DNA of 64,000 nucleotides from Glycera tridactyla (Eukaryota): NCBI GenBank assembly GCA_965644265.1, contig OZ286469.1, positions 31,806,001 to 31,870,000 of the forward strand, read 5' to 3'. Shown piece by piece: positions 13,053 to 25,794 of this stretch (position 1 is its first letter; each line of letters starts with the position of its first letter). The notes under the pieces were generated by a model. It saw only the letters and a program-made list of their open reading frames with translations, ran no database searches and was not told where the DNA came from. The position numbers and the translations under genes were made by a program.

Positions 13053-13441
13053 TTCTCATAATTATCATTGCTAGGAACTGAAAGATAATTAATATGGATG
13101 ATATATTTTGGCATGTATTCTTCACTGACTATTGGCATTGCTAATAGCTGTGTCAGTTTGTCAACTAATTTCCACGATGATTGAAAGAGCATGGCCTTTT
13201 CTGCAAATGTCTGCACTATTATGCCATGTTCCATTAACAAATGCTTATATTTCGAATTTTGCTTTTATGCATATTTTCACTGAGCCAATTTTCAGTTTTT
13301 CAAAAGAAGAATCAGGTTCTTTAAACAATTGTTGCAAGAAAACTGAAGTACGGTATTTGATTCTGTATTTGTGTGTCAGACTCCATTCAATTGCCCATCA
13401 GTTTGTGAGCTTTTGTCATCAGATCATATTGTTCACCTTAT

Positions 13442-13645
13442 AAAAACCCAGTGCATGCCAACTGGGATATCAAAGGCCGGCCGTGTGTATAACAGCTCTC
13501 ACCTGTATACATGTAAGATAACCACTGTTGTCTTTCACAAAGAGTAGGGATGGCCCCGGCAGCGGTGCCTCTTTTCTTCAGTATTTTCAGGTTTTCAGTC
13601 TGATATAAACAAAGGTGGTTGAAAGGACATTGAAACCAAACAAAC
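13442..13645 (+). mobile_element. Meta-domain-like SINE lacking a tRNA head (family 1)
   Basis: CCCAGTgcatgccaACTGGG hairpin, ATATCAAAGGCCG, ...aaagagtaggg, (AAAC)n tail, TSD cacct(t/c)at. The resemblance to the MetaSINE central domain is from recall. Confidence 0.75.
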
Positions 13646-14629
13646 ACCTCATGAATGGGTAGCCTTGTAATATATTTCTTTGATGTCCAAACATTTCCCA
13701 TTCGCTCGATCTGATAGAATCCAGCCAAATTTGAGGTGGTGATCATAGATTTAACGGATGTGTGAGCAATCAGCAAACAGCACCATCTTATATCTCTCCT
13801 CATGCCGAATGAGATCAGGATGCTATATTGTTCTGCTTCGAATGAGTTCATCCCACTTATTGTGAGAATGCCAATATTTCTCAAATAATGAGCGACCAAT
13901 CTCATTAGACATTGACGTGCAGTCTCATGAGGCAGGTTTGACTGGAATAAGTGTCCACATGAATCAGGTATGGATTACCCTGAAGATTATTCGCTTATAT
14001 GAAACCATTTTTTTCATGGCAATCTGTCTTAAGATATACAGAGAAATGACTGCCAGGTGTCAATATTTTTGCAAAGCATGGTAGCTAATGATTTGGTATA
14101 ATTTCTGCAGGTAATATCACCCATTTATTCAAGCAGGCAAGCCCCAAAGTAGTCATTCATGAAATGAGATTTTCAATGATTTTTCATGCAATCCCGAATT
14201 TCTCAAATTGCCCATTTTCAGAAATTCCATGATGGATAGAATTGTTCACTAGATACAGGTACCAGAGAGACCTTTTCACATCGATCTAATGGTCGTGACA
14301 GTTTTCAGGATGTGGCAATTTTGCAAAGAACATATGTGTGAAGATGAATTTTAAACTTGCTAATCATTGAGTAGACATCATTAAGTAGACATCATTGACA
14401 TATATGTATTGCAGCAGAAATGCTTGTTTCTGAAGTAACTCTGCATGATGAGTTAAATTTTTTGTTTCCCAAATCAATTCAATTCATTCAGCATGTGATT
14501 AATAGTTGGTTGAAATTCTCTTTTCACTTTGCAGTTACGTGTTGCAGATGCGTTGTGGAGACCTGATCATTTTATTTTCAGATCCAGGGCCTGATGAATA
14601 TCATCAAATATGTGTGTCATCAGTTTGCC

Positions 14630-14990
14630 GAATTTGAAAATTTGTTTCATTTGCGATACCATGAGTGAAGCACTCAGTCTGAAATATGAGGCAATGGCAA
14701 AAAATCACAGTAGTTATAGAATATTCTGCAATTTCTGTAATCGAAGCAAAAGATTGGGTTTTAATTTTTTAATGGCTATTTCTGCAAATGTCTGCACTAT
14801 CATGCCATTTCTCATGAAAATAAAAATGCACTCATTCTGAAATCTGAGGCAATGGAAAAAAATCAATGTAGTTATTGAAGATTCTGCAATTTCTGTAATA
14901 GAAGACACAGATTCTGTTTACATTTTTGATGTCCTTTTCTGCAAATGTCTGCACTATCATGCCATTTCTCAAGAAAAAAAAATGTAATTA
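14630..14990. repeat. ~155-bp tandem repeat x2.5, with a dispersed copy at ~13190-13360
   Basis: tttctgcaaatgtctgcactatcatgccat at ~14780, ~14937 and (variant) ~13198. Confidence 0.75.
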
Positions 14991-15992
14991 GTGCTGGATA
15001 ACTCATCTCCATAATGCTATTTTCAATTTTAATGAAAACTCAAATTCATTCATTTTGTATTTTTTTTCACGCAACGGATGTAGAATGTAGATGAATGATG
15101 GGTGTCAAACCAGTGCTCTCTTTCTCTCACACAGATCCCGTTTAATTTAGTGATGACCATGAGCTTCGTATCTGTTATCTCTTCCAAAATTTTAAATAAG
15201 ATAAGTCAATTGTATCGAGGTTTTGATATAGTTTGATAATTTATTGATCTCTATAAAATCTAGGAACTGTCAGATAACTTTGTATTTTAATAACTTTTTG
15301 AACTCTTTAAAATCTAAAGTCTTGTCAGATAACAGATAGTCCTATAGATGATGTATTTTGATAACTGTCCGATAAGAGATAATTGTATGGATATTATTAT
15401 CTATTTTAATAACTCTCAGAGTTCTTCAAAATCAAAAGTTTAGTCTGATAACAGATAAGTGTACTGATGTTCTTATGTATTTTGCTAACTTCTTGATCTC
15501 AAAATCTGAAGACCGGTCAGGTAACAGATAACTCTGTTGATGTTTTGATGTATTTCAATAACCAATGTAATTGGAACAAATCTAGCATGTCAGCTGTGCT
15601 CCGATCTTTTGGTTGCTTTCCTATTTTACCTATCCCTCTTTGTTCAGGTCTTTATCGCTGTCCTATATGACACTAGTATTTTTCCTACTCCGCGAGTGCT
15701 GCTGACTGCAATAGTATTAGAATACAAAATTATTTTCTCATTTACATGATACCACAATTTGGATGGTATCGGTAAGCAATCTCTGATATTCAAATTACCA
15801 GTCAAAAATGAACTGGTCTTTTGGAAGTATTGTTTGGTATTCAATTTGCTTGTCAAAAATGCACTGGTCTTTGGAAAGAAAATAAGACATTGTCATTCAA
15901 CTGCGCATAGTATCTCTGATATTGATCTCTTTTTGAGTCTTATATTATAATTTCTCGGAAATCCTCCATGAAATAATGATAATAATGATATC

Positions 15993-16027
<35 letters not shown>

Positions 16028-17305
16028 TAAATAAATAATCACCACTTCTTTATTCATGCAACAAAGTATAGAATCACTCTTAATCTGAAGGTAGATTTCC
16101 AGTGATCGGGTGGCCATAGCCACTGTTTGTTTGCTAGGTATTGTGGTGGTGTTACAACAAAATAAGATGAAAGCATGGTATATTCCATCTTTCTCATGTA
16201 TTCACCTCTTGTTTTCTATGACATGAAATGAGTAATATTTGTAATGGCAGTTGCAAAAATAATTTTTGTAGAATTCCGAAAACCGAATGAAATAATTGCA
16301 AAAGTTGCTGTTATTTAGAAGGACATTTCAGGATGGATACCTGTATTTCTGAGAATGTATTGAATCGTTTCAGAAAATTTATACATATTTTTTTTAAATT
16401 TGGTCCATCTTATTGGTATAATTAGATATATTTTTGATATATTGAGAGAGCATCACTGTTTGTCACACATCATTTCAATGTACATTATTTTTAAAGTTTG
16501 TTCGAAGTTGTCCATTCGTGATGGGAAACATTAAGTATTCTCCAAATCTAATGCATTCCTTGATTCGAGTATAGCACTCTGCTCACAGTGAAAGCAATAA
16601 GCCAGTTGAATAGTTATGCCATTGATAGATTCATCATGTATATTGGAGGCATGTAGAGGTGTGTCTGAATGACCAGCTACTGCCACTTAACAATCTGGCA
16701 ATTGATGATCTTGTGTTCAGGGTTGATGAGTGGTTCCTGCATTGGACAGAGCATCCAGTTTATGTATGGATAAGGACCAGTTGCCATACATAATCCTTTG
16801 AATTGATACATGCTGTTTAACCTCAAGCAACCATGTACTTTCTTCATCATTTTTGTCATAGCAGACCAGGGATTGGTTGAAGATCATTCCTTAACTACTA
16901 CATCACCCTTCAAGTAATTAATGTAATCAGCCTCTTTTTGAGAGAAGAGCACAAATTTGAGCATCATTATTTCCCCATGTGTGGCAGGGTGAAAATGCTT
17001 TCTCTATTGTTGGCCCAAAGTTGTGGAACAGTATATCTGTGGAGGCGTGGCAGTCGTGAGACACTGCAGAGGCTCAAGAAGTTGATATTAGAAATGAATA
17101 CCTTTTGGAAATTCCTTCTGATTTTGCTTGAATAGTTGTAGGATCATAGGAATTATAACTCGCATAGCAATTGTGACTTATTCTGAGGTAATCTCCAGTC
17201 TGAAAGTGAAATGGAATATATATTGGTGAACATACTGTGAACTTCATAGCACAATCCTCAGTAGTTGGTACTAGATATATTCATTGTTTTATATTTCAAA
17301 AAACC

Positions 17306-18318
17306 AACCCAGTGCACGTCGACTGGGATATCAAAGGCCGGCCGTGTGTACAGGAGTCTTTTCTTGTATGCAAGTAAAAGAACCACTGCTGTCTTTCGCA
17401 AAGAGTACAGACAGCCCCTGGCAGTGGTGCCCCTTTTTTATTCATTTATTTATTTATTTACATTTCTATTAACACGAAATAACAAAATTAAAAGCAGTTC
17501 TGATTTCCATTCAGAATCGTGTGATTAGTATAATTTAACTGAATCTTCATATAGTCAAGGGGTTAGTACATGGTTAGTTACATACATTCAAAGAAAAACA
17601 TTGCATGAGTATGGCTCCCATTTTTAAGGCTGTCACTAGGCTTCCTGGTAACATTCAATACAGTCATGTCAGACACTAGAAATAGCATTCATAGAATGGT
17701 TGTTGAGGAACTACATCCACTAAATAAACAGTGTAAAGACGCGCGATGAGTGATTTCCTGGTAATATTCAATACAAACATGTCACACTCTAGAAATAGCA
17801 TAGAATGTTTGTCGAGGAACTACATCAACTAGATAAACAGTGTAAAGACGTGCGATGGGAATTTTGACACACTTTAGAATGGATTATAGAAACCCAAAGA
17901 TGCAAAAGAAACTTTTCTTGAAGTTTTTCACCGTATCAGCGCTTCTAAGTTGCACAGGCATATCATTCCAGATCAAGGGTCCTTTGTATGAAAAGGCATT
18001 TCTTGCACTAGATAATAGTAATTTTGGCACTTTCATATTGTTGCTTGTAACAGCCCTTGTTGTCATGGAGTCAGAGATCATGGGTTGCAGTTTTCTGCAA
18101 AGATACTCAGGGGCCAGACCCATTCTGGCCTTATAGACAAGGGTATAAAAATGCAGTTGTCTTCTAATATTGAGCGTCATAAGCTTAAGGGAATTGTGCA
18201 TAGGTACATGACTGGTACGGGCTGGTACTTTAAGTATTATCCTACAGCCTTTTATTCAGCATTTTCAGTTTTTCAGTCTGATATAACCAGAGTTGATGTC
18301 AAACCCAAACAAACAAAC
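17306..18318 (+). mobile_element. Family-1 SINE split in two (17306-17431 and ~18247-18318) by an L2-type insertion
   Basis: The 5' half ends at gtgccccttttt; the 3' half resumes at ccttttattcagcattttcag and runs to the aaacaaacaaaca tail. Confidence 0.7.
17432..18246 (-). mobile_element. 5'-truncated L2/CR1-clade LINE (ORF2 C-terminus, 3' UTR, (AAAT)n tail)
   Basis: ORF 17884-18201 reads LKLMTLNIRRQLHFYTLVYKARMGLAPEYL...TTRAVTSNNMKVPKL...AFSYKGPLIWNDMPVQLRSADTVKNFKK, typical of an L2/CR1 ORF2 end. Tail at 17436-17460; the 3' UTR contains a ~110-bp tandem duplication (17642-17855). Confidence 0.85.
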
Positions 18319-18551
18319 ATGCACAGTAAAATCTCCCATGAGCTAATGAGCGACCACCTCCTTGAATGACCAACTTTTGCTGCCAAAAACATTTATTTTA
18401 TATATTTTTCACCTCTATTGAGTGACCAGCATTTTGAATGACCACTTCTTTTGAATGACCACCTTTGAATGGTCAGAAAAATAATGAGTGACTGGCGAGT
18501 TGAGACTACGTGATAATAAAAGATAAACGTCACACTTTCATTTCTGTTCAC

Positions 18552-18742
18552 CTTGCCGCAAATGATCTGTATTTCTATCCTCCCCAGGCCATTGTTCGGC
18601 CTTTAGCAGCGACATACTGAACTGATTTATAACATTTGAGGGCTGTAGATGTCTATCTCGAGCAGGAAACACGTCTGAATGGTGATATTTAGGCAAACTG
18701 CAGCTGGCCTCGTGAGCCAGCAGCATCATCCTCACCATCATC
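18552..18742 (-). other. Candidate 191-nt exon, product unknown
   Basis: tcttcatttcag acceptor, CAAG|gtgaac donor, 63 open codons (MMVRMMLLAHEASCSLPKYHHSDVFPARDRHLQ...). Not recognised. Confidence 0.3.
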
Positions 18743-18965
18743 CTGAAATGAAGATGGTGGCAAGCCCCACAATACTATCATTGAGAATAAACCATCATGG
18801 CTGATATTTCATTAATATGTAGGATCTTCTTAGAAATATCGTCATAGATTAGTAGGATGAAAATAGATATTTTGCTTGACATCTGGGGCGGTCTCACAAA
18901 ACAGGTTTTATTGTAACATTGCAAGTCTGTTTCCAGTAGCATGCATTTGTATTTGTATCTTGTAA

Positions 18966-19181
18966 TACCCAGTGCATGCTGACTGGGATATCAAAGGCCG
19001 GCCGTGTGTATAGGAGTCTTTTCCAGTATGTACGTAAAAGAACCACTGCTGTCTTTCGCAAAGAGTAGGGACGGCCCCCAGCAGGGGTGCCTCTTTTCTT
19101 CAGCATTTTCATTTTTTCATTTCAGTCTGATCTAGCCAAAGTTGGTTGAGAGGATGTTAAACACAAACAAACAAGCAAACA
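18966..19181 (+). mobile_element. Family-1 SINE with 13-bp TSD, duplicated at 20397-20612
   Basis: TSD ttgtatct(t/c)gtaa flanks tacccagtgcatgc...aaacaaacaagcaaaca; the second copy has the same flanks. Confidence 0.85.
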
Positions 19182-21736
19182 TTGTATCTCGTAAACATTT
19201 CAGTCTCTCTTTTCGGATTCAGGAGAATATATGGACATAATTTTGGGGTTTATACATGCCAATTATCCCCAAACAAACTGAATATCACTTACTGATACAT
19301 GTAGTGTATATCGATTAAATTTTCCACAAATTTGTCAGTGGAGTGTCTGCATTTAACCAGCTTACTACACTTTCCCTTATTGTGTTGTCAATTTTGTAAT
19401 GTATCAGTCATTTTAATTCTGTCCCAGGCTATTTTAGACACCAAGTACTATTTGATGTACTCAACTTTTGTTACTAATGAGTGAGATAATTACTGCAGTT
19501 TTGCGTGTTGCAGTTATAGACATTGAATGATTGGTTCTTGAAATCGGATCTTGTCGTCAAGTAAAAAACTTCCAGGGCATTGTATACACCAAGTGCTATT
19601 TTGATGTACTTAACTTTTATTACTAATGAGTGAGATAATTACTGCAGTTTTGCGTGTTGCAGTTATAGACATTGAATGATTGGTTCTTGAAATCGGATCT
19701 TGTCGTCAAGTAAAAAAACTTCCAGGGCATTGTATACACCAAGTGCTATTTTGATGTACTTAACTTTTATTACTAATGAGTGAGATAATTACTGCAGTTT
19801 TGCGTGTTGCAGTTTTAGACATTGAATGATTGGTTCTTGAAATCTGATCTTATGGCAAGTAAAAATACTTCTAAAATATGATGGGACAAAACTGGCTCAT
19901 TGTCGATAAATGAGGTATGCGAGATATAAGACTGTTGCTCAGCTCTCCATTGTATTTCTGCATTTGTTCCCCCGATTTTCCTCTATGGGACAGACAGAAG
20001 GGCTATGTGAACCTACCTGTACATTGCATGGGGTGTTCTTCCATGAAAAAGCAATTTCAGATTTTCTTTTATTGAGGAATAAGTTAATTTAAAAAATTGT
20101 CATTCATCGAATCTCTCTAAATATGATTTGAGATTGTGAGTGTAAACATTTTAAGTTCTTTTTTGCCTGGAGAAGAAAGATCAAACAGTATTTCTGCATT
20201 TGCACACCTATTTCCCTCTTTGGGGTAGACAGTAGGGCTGTGTGAACCTATCTGTACATTTTGAAGAGTGTTACATGGGGTGTTGTGTCTGGGACGATTT
20301 GTGTCTTTAGCGCATGCTATATTCTGAGCAAACAGGTTTTACTGTAATATTGCAAGTCTGTTTCCAGTAGCATGTATTTGTATTTGTATCTTGTAATACC
20401 CAGTGCATGCCGACTGGGATATCAAAGGCTGGCTGTGTGTATAGGAGTCTTTTCCAGTATGTACATAAAAGAACCACTGCTGTCTTTCGCAAAGAGTAGG
20501 GACGGCCCCCAGTAGGGGTGCCTCTTTTCTTCAGCATTTTCATTTTTTCATTTCAGTCTGATCTAGCCAAAGTTGGTTGAGAGGATGTTAAACACAAACA
20601 AACAAGCAAACATTGTATCTTGTAAACATTTCAGTATCTCTTTTCAGATTCATGAGAATATATGGACATAATTTTTGGGTTGATACATGCCAATTATCCC
20701 CAAACAACCTGGGAATATCACTTACTGATACATGTAGTGTATATCGATTATATTTTCCACAAATTTGTCAGTGGAGTGCCTGCATTTAACCAGCTCACTC
20801 CCCTCTCCAATATTGTGTTTTTTGTAATGCATCAGTCATTTCAATTCTGTCCCAGGCTATTTTACACCAAGTACTAGTTTGATGTACTCAACTTTTGTTA
20901 ATAATGATAAGTGAGATAATTACTGTAGTCTTGCGTGTTGCAGTTTTAGACATTGAATGATTGGTTCCTCAAATCGGATCTTGTCAAGTAAAAAAACTAC
21001 CAGGGCATTGTATACACCAAGTGCTATTTTGATGTACTTAACTTTTATTACTAAAAAGCGAGGTGATTACTGCAGTTTCGCATGTTGCAGTTTTAGACAT
21101 TGATTGATTGGTTCTTGAAATCTGATTTTAATGTCGAGTAGAGAATACTCCTAGAATATGATGGGACAAAACTGGCTCATTGTCGATAAATGAGGTATGT
21201 GAGATATAAGACTGCTGCTGAGCTCTCCTTTGTATTTCTGCATTTGTGCATTTATTTCCCTCTATGGGACAGACAGAAGGGCTATGTGAACCTACCTGTA
21301 CATTGCATGGGGTGTTCTTCCATGAAAAAGCAATTTCAGATTTTCTTTTATTGAGGAATAAGTTAATTTAAAAAATTGTCATTCATCGAATCTCACTAAA
21401 TATGATTTGAAATTGTGAGTGTGAACGTTTTAAGTTCTTTTTTGCCTGGAGAAGAAAGATCATACAGTATTTCGGCATTTGCACACCTGTTTCCCTCGTT
21501 GGGGTAGACAGTAGGGCTGTGTGAACCTATCTGTACATTTTGAAGAGTGTTACATTCGGTGTTGTGTCTGGGACGATTTGTGTCTTTAGCGCGTGCTATA
21601 TTCTGAGCATAGTAAGTGCATCCAATAATAACGGCTGTATGCAACCACCACCACTGACACCACTGCCACCACCACCACCAAATCATATATGTTGGATAAC
21701 CAATGCGGGGGTGAATATGTGATCAAAATGAGTCAC

Positions 21737-21859
21737 TGATGATGCCCAGTCTACAATTTCAGGTATATTCTAGAATTTGCCGGGCTGTATTTCTACATTT
21801 GTGCACCAGTTTCCCTCTTTGGGGTAGACAGTGGGGCTGTGTGAACCTATCTGTACATT
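21737..21859 (-). pseudogene. ShKT-like pseudo-exon (123 nt, phase 1-1) with internal TGA
   Basis: ctcttcag|AA TGT ACA GAT... reads ECTDRFTQPHCLPQRGKLVHKCRNTARQILEYT*NCRLGII, with donor A|gtgact. Confidence 0.4.
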
Positions 21860-22909
21860 CTGAAGAGTGTTACATGGGGTGTTATCTGGTACGATTTGTG
21901 TCCTCATGACATGCTATATTCTGAGCATGCTTGATTCTTAGTTAAAAAATGCCATGTCTTTAAACTGATACTGTAAGTAACTGCTATTAGAAGGTCCTGC
22001 GGCTTGTTGAGCTCAGCTTGAGCCATGAAAAAGCAATTTGAGGTTTCCTTTTATTGAATAATAAGTTGTTATTTATCATATCTCACTAAATATGATTTGA
22101 AATATTAAGTGTGATTATCTATATAATGGTGAATGGGGGAATCTTGCTTGTAGTCATATTGATTGTTTAGTACTATTTTGATGTATTTAATTTTCTTACT
22201 AATAAGCGAGATACTTACTGCAGTTTCGCGTGTTGCAGTTTTAGACATTGATTGATTGGTTCTTGAAATCTGATCTTAATGTCAAGTAAAAATACTCCTA
22301 AAATATGATGGGACAAAAATTGTTCATCGTCGATCAATGAGGTATCTTAAGATATAAGACTGCTACTGAGCTCTCCATTGTATTTCTGCATTTGTGCACC
22401 GATTTCCCTCTATGGGACAGACAGAAGGGCTATGTGAACCTACCTGTACATTGCATGGGGTGTTCTCCCATGAAAAAGCAATTTCACATTTTCTTTTATT
22501 GTGGAATAAGTTAATATAAAAAATTGTCATTCATCGAATCTCACTAAATATAATCTGAAATTTTAAGTGTGAACGTTATGTGTTGTTTTTTTGCCTGGAG
22601 AAGAAAGATCATACAGTATTTCGGCATTTGCACACCTGTTTCCCTCTTTGGGGTAGACAGTAGGGCTGTGTGAACCTATCTGTACATTTTGAAGAGTGTT
22701 ACATTCGGTGTTGTGTCTGGGACGATTTGTGTCTTTAGCGCATGCTATATTCTCAGCATAGTAAGTGTAATTGTTGTAGTAATAGTAGATGGAGTTCAAT
22801 ATCCAATAATGATGGCTGTATGCAACCACCACCACTGCCACCACCACCACCAAATCATATATGTTGGATAACCAATGCGGGGGGTAAATATGTGATCATA
22901 ATGAGTCAC

Positions 22910-23032
22910 TGATGATGCCCAGTCTGCAATTACCGGTATATTCTAGTATTTGCTGGGCTGTATTTCTACATTTGTGCACCTGTTTCACTCGTTGGGGTAG
23001 ACAGTGGGGCTGTGTGAATCTATCTGTACATT
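22910..23032 (-). pseudogene. ShKT-like exon (123 nt, phase 1-1, open) with two Cys eroded
   Basis: AG acceptor and gtgact donor. Reads ECTDRFTQPHCLPQRVKQVHKCRNTAQQILEYTGNCRLGII; TAT and GGC are each one substitution from Cys codons at the ShK C4 and C6 positions. Confidence 0.42.
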
Positions 23033-24426
23033 CTGAAGAGTGTTACATGGGGTGTTATCTGGTACGATTTGTGTCTTTATCACCTGCTATATTCTGAGCA
23101 TGCTCGATTCTTAATAAAAAAAATGCCATGTCTTTGAATGATACTGCAAGTAACTGCTATTAGAAGGTCGTGCAGCATGTTGAGCTCAGCCTGAGCCATG
23201 AAATAACAATTTGAAGTTTCCTTTTATTGAATAATTATTAGTTTTTAAGTTGACAATGATCAATTCACGCTAAATATGATTTGAAATACTAAGTGTGATT
23301 ATTGAAGTAATGGTGAATATTCATGCATTTGTGCACCTATTTCCCTCTTTGGGGTAGACAGTGGGGCTGTGTGAACCTATCTGTACATTCTGAAGAGTGT
23401 TACATGGGGTGTTATCTGGTACGATTTGTGTCTTTATCACCTGCTATATTCTGAGCATGCTCGATTCTTAATTAAAAATGCCATGTCTTTAAATGATACT
23501 GCAAGTAACTGCTATTAGAAGGTCGTGCAGCATGTTGAGCTCAGCTTGAGCCATGAAATAACAATTTGAAGTTTCCTTCTATTGAATAATTATTGGTTTT
23601 GAAGTTGTTATTCATCAAATCTCACTGAATATGATTTGAAATAGTAAGTGTGATTATTGAAGTAATGGTGAATATTTCTGCATTTGTGCACCTGTTTCCC
23701 TCTTTGGGGTAGACAGTGGGGCTGTGCGAACCTATCTGTACATTTTGAAGAGTGTTACATGGGGTGCTGTGTCTTGAGACGATGCGGGTCTTTAGCACAT
23801 ATATATATTTATATACATATATATCCTATCCTGAGCAGGCTTGATCCTTAATGGAAATGCCGTGACGTAATGCCTGTATTGCTCTGCTGCATATTTGGCT
23901 CAGGTTGAGCCTTGAAAAAGTAACTTTAGGATTTAAGAAAAATAGTTTTGAAATTGTAATTCATCAAATTTCACCGAATATGATTGGTCAGAGTAAGTGT
24001 AATTGTTGCAGTAATGGTAAATGGACTTCCAATATCCAATAAAAATTGCTGTATGCAACCACCACCACCACTGCCACCACCCACCACCACCACCGAATCT
24101 TCTGAATTGTATTTTCGAATTTTTGCACCTGTTTCCCTCTTTGGGATAGACAGTGGGGCTGTGTGAACCTGTCTGTACATTCTGAAGAGTGTTACATGCG
24201 GTGTTGTGTCTGGGAAAAATATTTTTGAAATTGTCATTCATTGAATCTCACTAAATATAATTTGAAATACATGTAGTAAGCACAATTGTTGCAGTAAAGA
24301 TAGATATTTTGATTTCTTTTTGGCTGAAGAGCATAGTGTTGCTCATGATAACAGTATCACCGCCTCTGAGATGCTCTGAGAGTGAGAAATGCTATACTGC
24401 ATTTTGCTGTGAACAGGTGACATTAC

Positions 24427-24690
24427 CTGCACATGTGCATATGTGCAGGTGATACATCAGACGGGAATCCCTGCCTGCTAGTATGTAGTCCTGTGTTGTC
24501 ATCTTGGGCTTCCCTTGCTGGCGCCTGGCACAATGGTATCCCTCATAGAGGGCTCCGCCTTTGGCAACATCGCTAGTCGTGGACGGTATAGCCTGGGGCT
24601 CAGAGACGAGCACGTGGCATTAGCGGAGCTTGTTCTCCAGCATATCAGTGGCGTGATACATTTCAGAGATGCTGAAATTCTTGAATCAGT
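24427..24690 (-). pseudogene. GC-richer coding-like remnant with one in-frame TAA
   Basis: Reads MYHATDMLENKLR*CHVLVSEPQAIPSTTSDVAKGGALYEGYHCARRQQGKPKMTTQDYILAGRDSRLMYHLHICTCA and ends GCAG|gtaatg. Identity unknown. Confidence 0.3.
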
Positions 24691-25794
24691 ATCCTGAACT
24701 GGAGTTGTCTGGGATTTAAGCTTCAATATCCAATCATAATGGTTGTATGCCACAATCACCACTGCCACCCACTCTACCACCACTTCTATCACTCCTTCCC
24801 CCTCCACCNNNNNNNNNNNNNNNNNNNNNNNNNNNNNNNNNNNNNNNNNNNNNNNNNNNNNNNNNNNNNNNNNNNNNNNNNNNNNNNNNNNNNNNNNNNN
24901 NNNNNNNNNNNNNNNNNNNNNNNNNNNNNNNNNNNNNNNNNNNNNTTCACAGTCACCTCCATCACGCATCTTTGTTGCTGATTTCACTCATACGGTGTCC
25001 TTGAGTCTTTCTTTGGTGTGGACAGTAGGGCTGTGTGAACCTATCTGTAGATTTCAAAGAGTGATTCATGGGTCACTTGGTCCTGTATTGCATGTATTGA
25101 TTATGATGATAATGAACAATCACCGCTGATTATTGTATTCCTGCATCATCTACCATGTTTCACTCTTGGTTTAGACAGTGGGACGCTGTGAACCTATCTG
25201 TAGATTCTCAAGAGTGGCACATGGATCTCTTGTCTGGATGAGATTGTGAAGTGATATGCTCATCTATTTACATGAAACCGGGATGGTTATGAATAATTTC
25301 TAATCTAGTGACCCTCGCAGATTGATTGCTGGTTTATCAGACAGTAACTGTTTGACAATGTTCAGTGATTCTCAAGGATCAATTCAGGAGTAGCCCAGTG
25401 GCACATGAATATAATGATAATGACATAGAGATCAGTTCACTTCCTAATTCCAGTTTGCATGTATTCCCGTAATTTTAGAATTATTTCAGGGCTTAGCTGA
25501 TGCTACCCGTAGCCTGTAATCATTGCCATCTGGCTAAAAGCGATCTGTAAGTCGTTCCCCGGATCCCCTCAGAAGTCTATGAAGTATAATTATATCTCTA
25601 TAAACTGAAATTTCCAGAGGTTTCATTATAAGTCTGTGAAACAAGGTGATCTATACAGGTGTGAGAAGTATCACTTTGGAGACTTACACAGAAGTTTGTG
25701 ATGCATAATTTCAAAGCTTTAAATAGAAGTATGGAAAAACATGCTTTAGGAGTTCTAAACAGGAGCATGTATGAAGTTGGATTTCAGAGATTCG

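Larger units (their letters stand above)
18898..25250. repeat. Hierarchical tandem/segmental duplication array
   Basis: A ~1.43-kb unit is repeated (18898 vs 20329), including a SINE. It contains ~129-bp subrepeats (19445-19850) and ~360-bp units at 23.0-23.8 kb. A ~110-bp core (ggggtagacagtggggctgtgtgaacctatctgtacattctgaagagtgttac) recurs about 13 times. Confidence 0.9.

Noticed and set aside
13438-13905. 155-aa minus-strand ORF
   Set aside because: The C-terminal half is antisense SINE sequence, and the remainder is not recognisable.
24470-24520. SLC5 transporter from the TQDYILAGRD motif
   Set aside because: No hydrophobic TM1 upstream, no continuation downstream, and a stop in frame; the short motif match is probably chance.
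19950-25250. CRISPR-like array (conserved core with variable spacers)
   Set aside because: Eukaryotic context, cores of ~110 bp, spacers that are themselves duplicated, and no cas genes.
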